Assembly: GCA_000990355.1 (NCBI GenBank)
Contig: LBSX01000004.1
Location: forward strand, 1,757 to 65,756
DNA from: Candidatus Magasanikbacteria bacterium GW2011_GWC2_37_14
GTDB lineage: Bacteria > Patescibacteriota > Patescibacteriia > Magasanikbacterales > UBA922
DNA: 64,000 nucleotides
Direction of reading: 5' to 3'
Shown here: positions 18,696-27,697 of the stretch, one piece after another
Position numbering within the stretch: position 1 is the stretch's first letter
Layout: each line of letters starts with the position of its first letter
Made by a program: the position numbers and the translations under genes
Notes under the pieces: model-generated
Database searches by the model: none
What the model was told of the DNA's origin: nothing
Seen by the model: the letters and a program-made list of their open reading frames with translations, nothing else

Positions 18696-20546
18696 TTAAT
18701 TAGTTATTTTTACACCCTTACTTTGCCCTAGGGCGTCGGTTTTAAGACTTATATCCAAGTCACCAAAATTTTTATTAATTGTTGTTTCTAAATAAGTATC
18801 AACAGCCGAAAAATTAATATTTTTTATTAAGATTGGTGAAGTGCCAACTTGATCTGTAGTAGGAGTAAAGCCAAGTTCAAAATATACTCCGGCTGTGGTA
18901 TGAGCGTTTAAGGAATTTAACGTCCAACTTATATTTCGTTTATTGGCGTCATATACTGGATTATTACCAAACGTTACACTACTTTTTCCAGTCCAATTAA
19001 CAAAACTAGGTAATTCGGCAGATAGTTTTAAATTGCTAATTTTACTGGTGCCGTTGCTAATCGGTATAAAGACCCAATATTTGGTTTCTTGCCCAACTTG
19101 CGGTGGCAAAGGCCCACGACCCAATTGATCACCTTCAAAAGTATAATAGCGCAATTCCGGTGTGCCAGCAACACTAGTACCAATTTTTATGTTTGGTGAT
19201 AAGCCGTCGGTTTGAAATAAACTATTTTTGATTTCGGCTACATTTGATTGCCAGTTAATTCCTTGGGCAAAAGATAAATCAGTACCGCCTTGGGGAATAT
19301 TTTTAATAAGCAACTGAATATTAATATTTGCTGTATCATTTATTTTTAATTCTTTTAAAGCTGAAATTTGTTCAACAGAAATTATTAAATTATTATTTTT
19401 TATTTGGCCTAAATTAAGTTTTTGTGTGGCTGGTACGTCAATAATCGCCGAAGAAAGTGGTAAACTAAGTTGACCGTTTACTAAATTAATATTGCCATTA
19501 TTTTTAATTTGAATTTGTAAGGTAGCTGTTTCGCCAGGCTGAATTTTAGCCAAATCATTTTGCCAGTTGCTAGTAATTTGTGCTTTGGGATAAGCAATAG
19601 CGACTTCTTGAATTAAAGGACTTTGAGGTACAGAAGTATTATTAATTTTAATTACTGGTGTAAAGTTTAAAGAAATTTTGTCACCAGTCGCTGGATTAGT
19701 ATTTTTTAATTCTGCTGTCAAAAATACACTTTCATTTGGTTCTAACTTGTCTAGGTACCAAAGATCATTTTCAATTATACCTTTATTAACAATTATTTGC
19801 TCCAAACTTAAGCCAGGGTTTTGGTTTAAAGGTACTTGTAAATTGGTTAAATTTTGACTGCCAGTATTTTGGAATTCTAAATTAATAGGTGTGTTGCCGT
19901 TATAAAGAATATGAGTGGGAACAATAATTTTACCAACCAATACCGAACCGCGCAAGGTTTTAATCAGTAAAGTATTTTTTTCTTCAAAAACTTGACGTGA
20001 ATTTTGGCGATAAGATAAAGTGGCAGTAATATTTTCATCTTTGTCTGGTGTGCCATAGATCCAACCAGCCACACTTAAAACACCAGTTTCACCTGTACCA
20101 AGGTCATTTAACTTAAAACTTTGTTTAGTTTTATCAAATAAGTTTTCGGGATTCGCACTTATCAAAATAAAACCAGTGGGAAGTTTTAAAGAAAGAGTGG
20201 GGGAAACAAGTTTTTGGTCACTTTGGTTTTTATAAGAAATTTGGTATTCCACATATTCGCCACTCTTTACTTTGTTGGCTGTAGGGTGAATAGATAAGTA
20301 AACCAAGTTAGTAACTTCTGGGTTATAGTTAAACAAAAAAATTGTCGTGCCAAATAAAAATACTGCCGATAAAAGTAAAGTAATATCAAAAATGAAAAGC
20401 TTACGAGCATTCTCGTATTTAAGATGGTAGCGATTTTTATAATGTAATTCCGCAAAGTGAATAGGGGACAAGAGAAAGGCCAAAAACCATTTATGGGGTG
20501 TGTGGGTAAAATGGTGTTTTGTAAAATAGGTAGTGAAGAATTGCAT
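18696..20546 (-). CDS. large membrane-anchored, Asn/Thr-rich, beta-rich surface protein
   Basis: N-terminal TM helices, long extracytoplasmic low-complexity region. No catalytic motif. Confidence 0.35.
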   Translation of the reverse strand: MQFFTTYFTKHHFTHTPHKWFLAFLLSPIHFAELHYKNRYHLKYENARKLFIFDITLLLSAVFLFGTTIFLFNYNPEVTNLVYLSIHPTANKVKSGEYVEYQISYKNQSDQKLVSPTLSLKLPTGFILISANPENLFDKTKQSFKLNDLGTGETGVLSVAGWIYGTPDKDENITATLSYRQNSRQVFEEKNTLLIKTLRGSVLVGKIIVPTHILYNGNTPINLEFQNTGSQNLTNLQVPLNQNPGLSLEQIIVNKGIIENDLWYLDKLEPNESVFLTAELKNTNPATGDKISLNFTPVIKINNTSVPQSPLIQEVAIAYPKAQITSNWQNDLAKIQPGETATLQIQIKNNGNINLVNGQLSLPLSSAIIDVPATQKLNLGQIKNNNLIISVEQISALKELKINDTANINIQLLIKNIPQGGTDLSFAQGINWQSNVAEIKNSLFQTDGLSPNIKIGTSVAGTPELRYYTFEGDQLGRGPLPPQVGQETKYWVFIPISNGTSKISNLKLSAELPSFVNWTGKSSVTFGNNPVYDANKRNISWTLNSLNAHTTAGVYFELGFTPTTDQVGTSPILIKNINFSAVDTYLETTINKNFGDLDISLKTDALGQSKGVKITN

Positions 20547-20719
20547 ACAATATTGTACAATGTATATGTATTATAGCACCTTTGTTGTTGTCAGAGAATA
20601 GTTAAAATTTTCAATTTACAATTTACAGTTTCCTGTGAATTATCAATTTTGTAATTTACAATATTGAAAATTGGTAATTGTAAATTTATTGAAAATTGAT
20701 TATTGTTAAAATGTAAATT

Positions 20720-20746
20720 AAAAACCCCTTTTAGTTAGGGGTTTCA
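20720..20746 (-). terminator. intrinsic terminator of HTH gene (minus strand)
   Basis: Minus strand reads aaacccct-aactaaa-aggggttttt. Overlaps the stop codon. Confidence 0.5.
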
Positions 20747-21093
20747 TTCTTATCATTTTCAGTGGGTTTAGGAACAACGGCTTTGGTACTAGGAGAATAG
20801 AGAGTATTGGATATTTTCCACTTATCCACATATTGGCCAATGCCATGGGTATTGGCTTTTTTCTTAACAGTGGTCTTTTGTTGACTCCAGCGCACTAAAC
20901 TTTCAAAGTTAATTTTATAACGGCCGGCCACTACTACATAAGTAATCTCGCCAGCCTTGATTGCTCTACGGATTGTTTGGGCATTTACCCCAAAAAGCTT
21001 ACCAGCCTCTGATATGGAAAGGCGGATCATTTCTTTGTTTTTCAGCTCATTTTTAGGGTTTTCTGCCATATTTGTATAATATAGTTTATACAA
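20731..21093 (-). CDS. helix-turn-helix DNA-binding protein (excisionase/MerR-type HTH_17-like)
   Basis: GKLFGVNAQTIRRAIKAGEITYVVVAGRYKINFESLVRWSQQ. Confidence 0.5.
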   Translation of the reverse strand: MYKLYYTNMAENPKNELKNKEMIRLSISEAGKLFGVNAQTIRRAIKAGEITYVVVAGRYKINFESLVRWSQQKTTVKKKANTHGIGQYVDKWKISNTLYSPSTKAVVPKPTENDKNETPN

Positions 21094-21276
21094 TTATAGC
21101 ATATTTGGGTTAAATTGTCAATAGGACAGTATGTGCATAGTTTATTAGTGATTTTTTTGAAAATATCTTAATTTTGTATACACTAGTGTATACAAAAATA
21201 GTATTTTAAATTAGCAAAATAATTAGGTAAATAGTAAAAATGTATAGGCTAGTGTATACAAACGTCTGTCATTGCG

Positions 21277-21457
21277 AGGAAGTGCCTGTAAGAGTACGAC
21301 GAAGCAATCCCACTGTTGTCATTTTCGCGAATGTGGAGATCCAGAAATCGTTGGCCATTTGCCTGGATTCCTGCCGGAGTTTATCCTCGTGTAGACGGGG
21401 GCAGGAATGACAATAATGGGATTGCTTCACCCCGCTCGGGCGGGGTTCGCAATGACA
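21277..21457. mobile_element. composite/nested MITE (family 3 element containing a TGTCATTTTCGCG...AATGACA element)
   Basis: Outer termini TGTCATTGCGAGGAAG...CGCAATGACA. Internal cgacgaagcaatccc / gggattgcttcacc inverted copies. Inner element 21317-21412 has its own TGTCAT/ATGACA ends. Confidence 0.65.
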
Positions 21458-21607
21458 GTGGATGTGTATAACCCGCTTGTCTATGTTGCCTTGCTCTGCT
21501 ATACTTAGCCCTATCTTTTAGTTTGAACGCCAAAAGATATTATGAAAATAATCTAATTTAACTGTGGAAAACGCGTGTTTTTGGTTATAATTTTGTTTTC
21601 CGTGTTT

Positions 21608-21690
21608 TCCCCTCCTTAGAAAGGAGGGGCTAGGGGTGGTTGAGTTTATTACGTCAACCCCTCCTGACCTCCCCTTTCCAAGGGGAGGAA
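21608..21690. repeat. family 2 C-run/G-run mini-hairpin array
   Basis: cccctccTTAGAAAGgaggggctagg ... ctcccctTTCCAAGgggaggaaa. Confidence 0.6.
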
Positions 21691-21731
21691 ACCAAAAACT
21701 GTAACACTTTGTTAAATTCCACGTCTTCTAT

Positions 21732-22283
21732 ATGGTAAGGATATTGAATGAAAAATGGCTAGTTTACCAAGTACGAGCAAAGAAAGATCCAGAAGCTTTT
21801 GCTAGTCTTTATGATTTGTATGTAGAAAAGATTTACCGATTTGTGTATTTTAAAATAAATAACAAAGAAGATGCTGAGGATATAGTAAGTAGTGTCTTTT
21901 TAAAAGTTTGGAGTTATTTAATAGAATATACGGAAAAAGAAATAGATAGTTTTAGTGGTTTGATTTATAAGATTGCCCGCAACTTAGTGATTGATCATTA
22001 CCGGGAAAAAGGGAAAATTAAAAAAGAAGATTTAGAAGATTTTGAGGAACTGCCAGCAGAAGAAAATAATTATGAAACTGTGGCAACAAATATGGAAGTT
22101 GAACAGCTAATGGTGGTGATTAAAAAAATGAAACAAGATTATCAAGAGGTGTTACTGTTAAAACATGTGGAAGAATTATCCACTGCCGAGATTGCCGAAA
22201 TTTTGGGCAAGTCGCAAGTAGGGGTAAGGATTACTTTACATCGTGCCATAAAGAAGTTGCAGGAGATGGTTAATAAAAAATAA
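21732..22283 (+). CDS. ECF (sigma-24/sigma-70 family) RNA polymerase sigma factor
   Basis: Region 2 (DIVSSVFLKVW, IARNLVIDHYR) and region 4 HTH (LSTAEIAEILGKSQVGVRITLHRAIKKL). Confidence 0.8.
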   Translation: MVRILNEKWLVYQVRAKKDPEAFASLYDLYVEKIYRFVYFKINNKEDAEDIVSSVFLKVWSYLIEYTEKEIDSFSGLIYKIARNLVIDHYREKGKIKKEDLEDFEELPAEENNYETVATNMEVEQLMVVIKKMKQDYQEVLLLKHVEELSTAEIAEILGKSQVGVRITLHRAIKKLQEMVNKK

Positions 22284-22289
22284 TAAAGT

Positions 22290-22347
22290 TGTCATGCTGA
22301 ATTTATTTCAGCATCCCAGGGGGTCCTGAAACTAGTTCAGGATGACA
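22290..22347. mobile_element. MITE-like element, family 1 (minimal copy C)
   Basis: TGTCATGCTGAATTTATTTCAGCATCCCAGGGGGTCCTGAAACTAGTTCAGGATGACA. Confidence 0.75.
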
Positions 22348-22358
22348 GAACTAAACAT

Positions 22359-23369
22359 GTGTCCCAAGAACTTATCTCACAATTAAAAAAGATTAGAGAA
22401 ACAAATGGTCGCATAAATGCAGACCAGTCTTGGGTTGTGCAAAATAAAGCACGCATGTTGACTCAAATAAAAAATACTGTTCCAGAAGAACCAGTAAAGT
22501 TTAATTTACATATGGTTTGGCAGGCAATGGAAGTTTTGTTGCCTGGTCGAGTGGTATATAGTGTAGTACGTCCAATGGCAGTGTTTATTTTAGTTGGTGG
22601 TATTGCTCTTAGTGGTTGGATAACTAGTGCTAGTGCTACAGAAAATTGTTTGCCAGGAGAAATGTGTTATGGTGTAAAAATGGCAGTCGAAAAAACTCAA
22701 GAAGTAATAGTAAATGTTACTGGAAGTAACGATGCCAAAACTCAAATGCATTTGGAATTTGCCAGTCGTCGTGCCAATGAAGTAAAACAAGTGATTGCCA
22801 AAAATGATTCCAATTCTTCTGCCCAAGCTACCGAAACCATCAAAATGTTAGAAGAATCTTTACAATCAGTGCGCGATAATTTTTCCAAGTTGGGTGTAGA
22901 CAAACCAGAAAGAGCCAAAGAAATTACCAAAGAAATTACCAAGAAGACCGAAGAAATTAAAACCAAATTAGAAGATGTAAAGGTTTTGATAGCCGACAAC
23001 ATGAATAAAGTATTGGCCGAAGCTCAAGTAGTAAACAAAGAAATTACTACCAATACTTTGCCTGTGTTAGAATCGGCCTCCGCTGAAGCTACGGCAGACA
23101 AGAAAGTTTTGGAGGATAAGAAAGCTACGACAACACCAATTGTTATTAGCACTACCACAGTTATTGTTAGTGAAGAAAAACCTGGGCTGACGATTGACGA
23201 AGTTTTGGCAAAATTAAACGAAGCCACAGCGAGTAGTGTACAAACCGAACAAAAAATTTCTGATTCCGATAAAAGTGTTAAAGAAGCTGTTGCTAGTAAT
23301 TTAGCTAGTACCACACCAAGCGTGGCTGTACCGATTATCAATACTACTAGCACCACTAGTTCTTTATAA
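22359..23369 (+). CDS. single-pass membrane protein downstream of ECF sigma (putative anti-sigma factor) with long extracytoplasmic coiled-coil/Thr-rich tail
   Basis: GTG start. Cytoplasmic N-terminal segment, TM (VFILVGGIALSGWI), coiled-coil C-terminal region. Role inferred from position. Confidence 0.35.
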   Translation: MSQELISQLKKIRETNGRINADQSWVVQNKARMLTQIKNTVPEEPVKFNLHMVWQAMEVLLPGRVVYSVVRPMAVFILVGGIALSGWITSASATENCLPGEMCYGVKMAVEKTQEVIVNVTGSNDAKTQMHLEFASRRANEVKQVIAKNDSNSSAQATETIKMLEESLQSVRDNFSKLGVDKPERAKEITKEITKKTEEIKTKLEDVKVLIADNMNKVLAEAQVVNKEITTNTLPVLESASAEATADKKVLEDKKATTTPIVISTTTVIVSEEKPGLTIDEVLAKLNEATASSVQTEQKISDSDKSVKEAVASNLASTTPSVAVPIINTTSTTSSL

Positions 23370-23371
23370 AC

Positions 23372-23467
23372 TGTCATTCTGAATATGTTTGTCATGCTGA
23401 ATTCACCTGCCTATCGGCAGACAGGTTTCAGCATCCCAGGGGATCCTGAAACTAGTTCAGGATGACA
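23372..23467. mobile_element. MITE-like element, family 1 (copy D, with CCTGCCTATCGGCAGACAGG hairpin insert)
   Basis: TGTCATTCTGAA...GTCATGCTGAATTCACCTGCCTATCGGCAGACAGGTTTCAGCATCCCAGGGGATCCTGAAACTAGTTCAGGATGACA. Confidence 0.7.
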
Positions 23468-23530
23468 GTTATGTTCAGCATGACAATGAATAATTCATTT
23501 GCCTGTGGTACTGTGTGGCTAAGATGGTTT

Positions 23531-23615
23531 TCCTCCCCCTACGAGGGGGAGGCGAGGAGGGGGTTTGGCCAACCGCGAAACCCCATCCCACCCTCCCCTT
23601 GTAGGGGAGGGAAAC
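23531..23615. repeat. family 2 C-run/G-run mini-hairpin array
   Basis: cctcccccTACGAgggggagg ... ccctccccTTGTAggggaggg. Confidence 0.6.
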
Positions 23616-23833
23616 ACCCTCTCGTGCCATACAGTATTGCCGTGAATCTTTAATAGGTTTGCGGTTGGCTGTCCTTCACAAGACGGCCAGGGCACCCCGA
23701 TTTAATCGGGGAGCATAAAGTATAAAGGTCGATCCGTGGCAACACGGAACAGCATGCAAAATTTAAATGCACACTTATTTGGCCAGATTGTGGCGCAAGT
23801 CGCAACGCTGACGAATAAGTTTCTTAATTTATT

Positions 23834-26800
23834 ATGACTTTAATGAAATTAGGGAAAAAAGTGTTTACTGTGTCTGTAGTTGTATTAACAATCGTTTGGA
23901 GTATGGGCTTAGCCGCCTTGGTGCCATCCGTAGTTAATGCAGTAGACTGCCCAACATTAGAAGCCGGTGACCTTTTCAAGGTTGAAGGCAATACTGCAGT
24001 TTACTTACTCAACGCCGACATGGAACGCATGTATTTTCCATCCTCAGAAATCTATCATACTTGGTATACAGATTTCTCTGGCGTTCAAACAATCTCCAAC
24101 TCTTGTGTGGATGCTTATCCAGCTCCATCCAAGGCTCCTTATGGTGTCAACTTCCGCCCAGGATCTCGCATGGTTAAAGTGCAGATTTCCAACAGCGTAT
24201 ACGTAGTTGAACCAAACAACACCAAATCCAAAATTGCTTCCGAAGCTGTAGCTTCTGCACTTTATGGTGCTAACTGGAGTACTTTGGTTCGCGACGTTTC
24301 CGATGTATATTGGCCAAACTATGTAAACAACGGTACTGAATTAACAGTTGCTGCTCTTACCAATGGAATGTTGGTAAAGAAAGCTTCTGCTACTGCTGTT
24401 TATGCTGTAGTTGGTGGTAAATTATATCAAGTAGACGGCACCTTGGGTGACGCTGCTAAAGATGATGTACGCACTGTTTCTGATGCTTTGTTTAATGCAA
24501 CAGAAATGGGCACTGGTACAAAGACTGCTGCTTCTGTTTTGGAAAATCCTTCCCAAACAACTGCAACTGGTACTGGTACTACAACCGTTACTACTGGTGA
24601 CTTAATGGTATCTTTGTCTGCTGCTTCTCCAGCTGCCACAACTTTACCAGCTGGCTCCGAAGCTGAATTGTTGAAAATCAACTTAAAAGCTGGTGCTGCT
24701 GCTCAAAAAGTTACTGGTTTAACTGTTCAAAGATCCAATTTAATGGCTGCTGCCACTTTGTCCGAAGTAGGAATTTACATTGGTAACGTTCGTTACGGCA
24801 ATGTAAAGACCTCTTGGAATACTGACAAGCAAATGGCTTTCAGTTTCTCCACTCCAATCGAAGTTGCTGCCAATGCTACTGTTACAGTTACTGTAAAAGT
24901 TAAAATTGGTACAACTGGTAGTTACGCTGGTGTAACTATCCCAAGTGCTGCTGCTGTGATTACTACTGCAAAAGTTGGCGGTTCCTTCCCAATTGCTGGA
25001 GCTGTGATGACTTTGGCTACTGATGTAGTTGCTGGTAGTTTAACTTTGGATAACATTGTTGATCACACCAATGCTAGTGCTCAATTTGGCGATAGTGATA
25101 CATCTTTTGCCGAATTTGACTTAAACAACGCTTCCTCAGTTATGGATGTGTTGGTAAATGGTATTGTGTTTGAAAACGGTGGCACTGCTCCATCTACTGC
25201 TGTAAACAATTTACGTTTATATGTAGAAGGTGACGAAGTAGCTACTGCTGAAATGGACGGCGACCGCGTTGTCTTTGATTTTGACGCTTACAAGATTGAA
25301 AAATCCAAAGATGTAACTGTTGAATTAAAAGGTGATTTGGTAAATGGTGAATCTGGAGATACTTTTGATTTCTTCATTTACACTATTGACGCTACTGATT
25401 TAGAAAGTGGCTTAAGTGCCGCTGCTACTTTCACTACTTTAGACAAAAAGTCTGATGCTGGTGTAAGTACTGTTACCTTAAATGCTGGTGATGTAACCTT
25501 AGCCATGAACAAAACTGCTGCTTCTGGTACTCCTGCCAAGGATGTTCGTCCAGATACCAATAATGTTGTTTTGGCTACTTTGGAAATGACTTCCAATGAT
25601 GAAGATTTAATCATCAACAGTATTACTGATACCGACGGTCATCCTTTCCGTATCGTTACTACCACTGCTTCTGGTGCTTTGGAAAATATCCAATTCGAAG
25701 AAGTTGGTGGTGGTACTTATGATTTGGATGCCACTATGGATAGTGGTCACTATGATTTCACCTTAAGTGATGAAATTTACTTAGCCAAAGGTGTTAAAAA
25801 GACTTTTAGAGTTGTAGCCGATGTAGCTTCTACTGCTGCAGAAGGTACTACTTATCAAGTATCTTTTGATGCTGACGCTATTGACTACGAAGGCCAAACT
25901 TCTGGAGCTGTTACTGGTATTACTATCACTCCAAACACTCTTTCTTCGGCTATCACAACCGTTAAGAAAGCTTACTTAACCATTACCAATACCACTTTGT
26001 CTGGAGAAACTTTGGTTGGTGGTGAAGAAAATATCTTGGTTTACCAAGGTAAATTAAAAGCTGGTACCTCTTCTGATTTGTACATCAAAGAAATGACTGT
26101 TTCTACTTATGATGCAGGCGCTCCTGGACATGAAGAAGAATACTTTGCTGATACTTACATTTCTCAATTACGCTTGTACATTAACGACGAATTAGTAAAA
26201 TCAAGAAGTAATGCTATTACCGAAACTGCTGGTGCAGCAACTACTTCTACCATTGCTTTCTCGGGTATTAGTGTAAAGATCCCAGCTGGCAAAGAATATA
26301 CTGTAAAAGTAAAAGCTGATTTTGCTTCCACTTTGGTGGCTGGTGAATGGGCTTTGACTATCAATGCTAACACTGATGTAGTAGCTCGTGACCAAGACAA
26401 TACCGTATTGGATGCTGACCAAAAGAACACCGTTGCTGTAGCTGAAAGTAAAGTTGTTACTTATGCTACTGCCGGTACCTTAAAAGTTGACATGCAAGTA
26501 GACGGTGCTAACTGGAGTAAGGATCTATATGTTTTGGCTGGTTCTACTGGCCCAACTGGTCGTTACTTAGGTGAATTAGTCTTTACTGCTGCCAACGAAG
26601 ATGTAACTGTAACTCAATTAGATTTAGCTGCCACTTCTACAGCTTCTGCTGGTACAGATGATATTGACCAAGTAGAATTGGTAAACAATAGTGGTGTAGT
26701 AGTTGGTACTGCCAACTATGATACTGTTACTGAATTTACCGAGCTTAACTACTTAGTTAAGAAAGATTCTGCTCAATCTTTGTATATTAGAGTTAAAGCC

Positions 26801-27478
26801 AGAGGCATGAATGTTGCTGGTGATGATTCTGCTACTGCTGATTCTGGAGCTACTGTAATCTTCGGAGTTGATGATGTAGTTGCCAGTGGTGCTACTTCTG
26901 GCGACATTGCTATGTCTGCTGGTGCTGGTACTGCCGATGATACATTCGATACTGTTACCGCTTCTAAAGAAGGTTTGGTAATGGGTGTTGTATTAACAAA
27001 CGTTACCAACCAATTAGCTGACGGTACTTTAACCGGAGGTACAAACAGAATCTTGGCTAAATTTGCCTTAACCTTTGACAATGGTTCCAATCGTTTGGAA
27101 GCTGATGACACAGATTTATTAGCAGTGTTAGGTAATGCTTTCAAGCTAACCTTCACTACTTCTTCTGCTGTTGCTGTAACCAATGTTGAAGCCTACATTG
27201 AAGGCGATGATTCCAATGTAACTGATCCAACTAGTACTTTTGCTAGTGGAATAGCTACTTTAGACATGACCACTTTAGACAACAGCGCCAATCAAGTTGA
27301 TGGTGTAGTTGTTATTGTAGTTCGTGGTGATGTAGTTACTACTTCTGCCGACAGTGAATACTGCCAAGTAGATATAGCTGCTATGTCCACCGATGTTAAT
27401 TGGGGTGATGCTACAACTACTGTTACTAACAGTCGTTTGAAGATCACTACTGTTACCGGTGCCAACCTTCATGAATAA
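23834..27478 (+). CDS. giant Thr/Ala/Val/Gly-rich cell-surface protein (S-layer/adhesin candidate)
   Basis: N-terminal TM/signal helix. 1214 aa, almost Cys-free and beta-rich. Long 5' leader and strong terminator suggest high expression. Confidence 0.4.
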   Translation: MTLMKLGKKVFTVSVVVLTIVWSMGLAALVPSVVNAVDCPTLEAGDLFKVEGNTAVYLLNADMERMYFPSSEIYHTWYTDFSGVQTISNSCVDAYPAPSKAPYGVNFRPGSRMVKVQISNSVYVVEPNNTKSKIASEAVASALYGANWSTLVRDVSDVYWPNYVNNGTELTVAALTNGMLVKKASATAVYAVVGGKLYQVDGTLGDAAKDDVRTVSDALFNATEMGTGTKTAASVLENPSQTTATGTGTTTVTTGDLMVSLSAASPAATTLPAGSEAELLKINLKAGAAAQKVTGLTVQRSNLMAAATLSEVGIYIGNVRYGNVKTSWNTDKQMAFSFSTPIEVAANATVTVTVKVKIGTTGSYAGVTIPSAAAVITTAKVGGSFPIAGAVMTLATDVVAGSLTLDNIVDHTNASAQFGDSDTSFAEFDLNNASSVMDVLVNGIVFENGGTAPSTAVNNLRLYVEGDEVATAEMDGDRVVFDFDAYKIEKSKDVTVELKGDLVNGESGDTFDFFIYTIDATDLESGLSAAATFTTLDKKSDAGVSTVTLNAGDVTLAMNKTAASGTPAKDVRPDTNNVVLATLEMTSNDEDLIINSITDTDGHPFRIVTTTASGALENIQFEEVGGGTYDLDATMDSGHYDFTLSDEIYLAKGVKKTFRVVADVASTAAEGTTYQVSFDADAIDYEGQTSGAVTGITITPNTLSSAITTVKKAYLTITNTTLSGETLVGGEENILVYQGKLKAGTSSDLYIKEMTVSTYDAGAPGHEEEYFADTYISQLRLYINDELVKSRSNAITETAGAATTSTIAFSGISVKIPAGKEYTVKVKADFASTLVAGEWALTINANTDVVARDQDNTVLDADQKNTVAVAESKVVTYATAGTLKVDMQVDGANWSKDLYVLAGSTGPTGRYLGELVFTAANEDVTVTQLDLAATSTASAGTDDIDQVELVNNSGVVVGTANYDTVTEFTELNYLVKKDSAQSLYIRVKARGMNVAGDDSATADSGATVIFGVDDVVASGATSGDIAMSAGAGTADDTFDTVTASKEGLVMGVVLTNVTNQLADGTLTGGTNRILAKFALTFDNGSNRLEADDTDLLAVLGNAFKLTFTTSSAVAVTNVEAYIEGDDSNVTDPTSTFASGIATLDMTTLDNSANQVDGVVVIVVRGDVVTTSADSEYCQVDIAAMSTDVNWGDATTTVTNSRLKITTVTGANLHE

Positions 27479-27513
27479 TTGCTTTTCTTTATAAGGCATT
27501 AAACATGCAAGTT

Positions 27514-27545
27514 CAAAACCCGCCGCAAGGCGGGTTTTGGTTTGG
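27514..27545 (+). terminator. intrinsic terminator after surface-protein gene
   Basis: aaaacccgcc-gcaa-ggcgggttttgg. Confidence 0.65.
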
Positions 27546-27575
27546 GTGGACAAGAAATAGATAAAGCGTTATAAT

Positions 27576-27697
27576 TGTCATGCTGAATTTATTTCAGCAT
27601 CTTTTCGTTAAATAATTACACTAAGTAAATATAATCTTAAGAAAGATCCTGAAACCCTTCGGCATGAGCTCAGGTCGAATGCAAGTTCAGGATGACA
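27576..27697. mobile_element. MITE-like element, family 1 (copy E, long variant)
   Basis: TGTCATGCTGAATTTATTTCAGCATC, then AAGTAAATATAATCTTAAGAAAGATCCTGAAAC...CTCAGGTCGAATGCAAGTTCAGGATGACA. The ATG of the downstream ORF is the terminal ATGACA. Confidence 0.75.

Noticed and set aside
20731-21093. I considered the excisionase-type HTH gene as a marker of a prophage or integrative element.
   Set aside because: There is no integrase, recombinase, att-like direct repeats or phage structural genes nearby. The compositional shift is absent.
23462-23653. 63-aa ORF starting in the ATGACA terminus of MITE copy D.
   Set aside because: It runs through the family-2 GC hairpin array and has no RBS. It is most likely an artefact of the element supplying an ATG.
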